A DNA stretch of 64,000 nt, taken from NCBI GenBank assembly GCA_963662285.2, contig CAXXMV010000001.1:32001-96000 (forward strand), given 5' to 3'. The stretch comes from a bacterium (lineage in GTDB: Bacteria > Hinthialibacterota > Hinthialibacteria > Hinthialibacterales > Hinthialibacteraceae). Below are positions 63,757 to 64,000 of the stretch, piece after piece. The position numbers and the translations under genes are program-made. Position 1 is the first letter of the stretch; each line of letters starts with the position of its first letter. The notes under the pieces were generated by a model. The model worked only from the letters and a program-made list of their open reading frames with translations. It was not told the DNA's origin and searched no databases.

Positions 63757-64000
63757 CTATTTTATATCTATGATCTTGAATACATATAAGTATTGCAATT
63801 CCGGGGCGATCTTGTTTGGATCAAAGTCAGGCATTTCGATTACTATATTACCATCGCTTTGTTTCCATTCAAGTTTTTCTCCAGTGGCGAGAAATTCAAC
63901 TGTGCAGTCTTTCGATGCAGAGACGTCTTTGATAACCAATTCTTTGCCCGGCCATCGAGGAGTCATAGCGAACAAAGCATCGTCTTTAGAGGTAAAGATG
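63757..64000 (-). CDS. C-terminal part of a probable alpha-L-fucosidase (GH29), truncated by window edge
   Basis: FTSKDDALFAMTPRWPG...LEWKQSDGNIVIEMP...YVFKI resembles the GH29 C-terminal beta domain. Confidence 0.55.
   Translation of the reverse strand, partial: IFTSKDDALFAMTPRWPGKELVIKDVSASKDCTVEFLATGEKLEWKQSDGNIVIEMPDFDPNKIAPELQYLYVFKIIDIK

Overview
Bacterial chromosomal window with about 40 protein-coding genes and one tRNA-Val(CAC). No CRISPR array, rRNA, integrase or transposase is visible. The style of the genes (ECF sigma factors beside carboxypeptidase-regulatory-like repeat proteins, an FTLIELLIVVAIIGILAAIAVPNF pilin-like protein, secreted proteins ending in a short Trp-containing tail) suggests an uncultured lineage such as Ca. 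Hinthialibacteria/OLB16; this is inference only. Contents: two ECF sigma/anti-sigma loci, a pilin-like/GH127/sulfatase cluster, a TolB-like/FGE-fold/MBOAT/SGNH operon, two beta-propeller sensor kinases, Maf, fliW-csrA, mtnA, rsmA, mqnD, two glycosyltransferases, many GTAG-type REP-like repeats and one MITE with an 8-bp target duplication. Best lead: ECF locus 1, where a FecR domain appears split across two separately membrane-anchored genes. The anti-sigma ends just after its GT motif, and the missing TxVxVxEGxVxV strands begin a 1248-aa beta-sandwich repeat protein. Second lead: ECF locus 2, upstream of a thioester alpha-2-macroglobulin whose long bait region looks like a mosaic of motifs from other secreted proteins. 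Three accessory genes near repeats carry single lesions. The 2.5-kb poly-G tract (51793-54275) is almost certainly a sequencing or assembly artefact.
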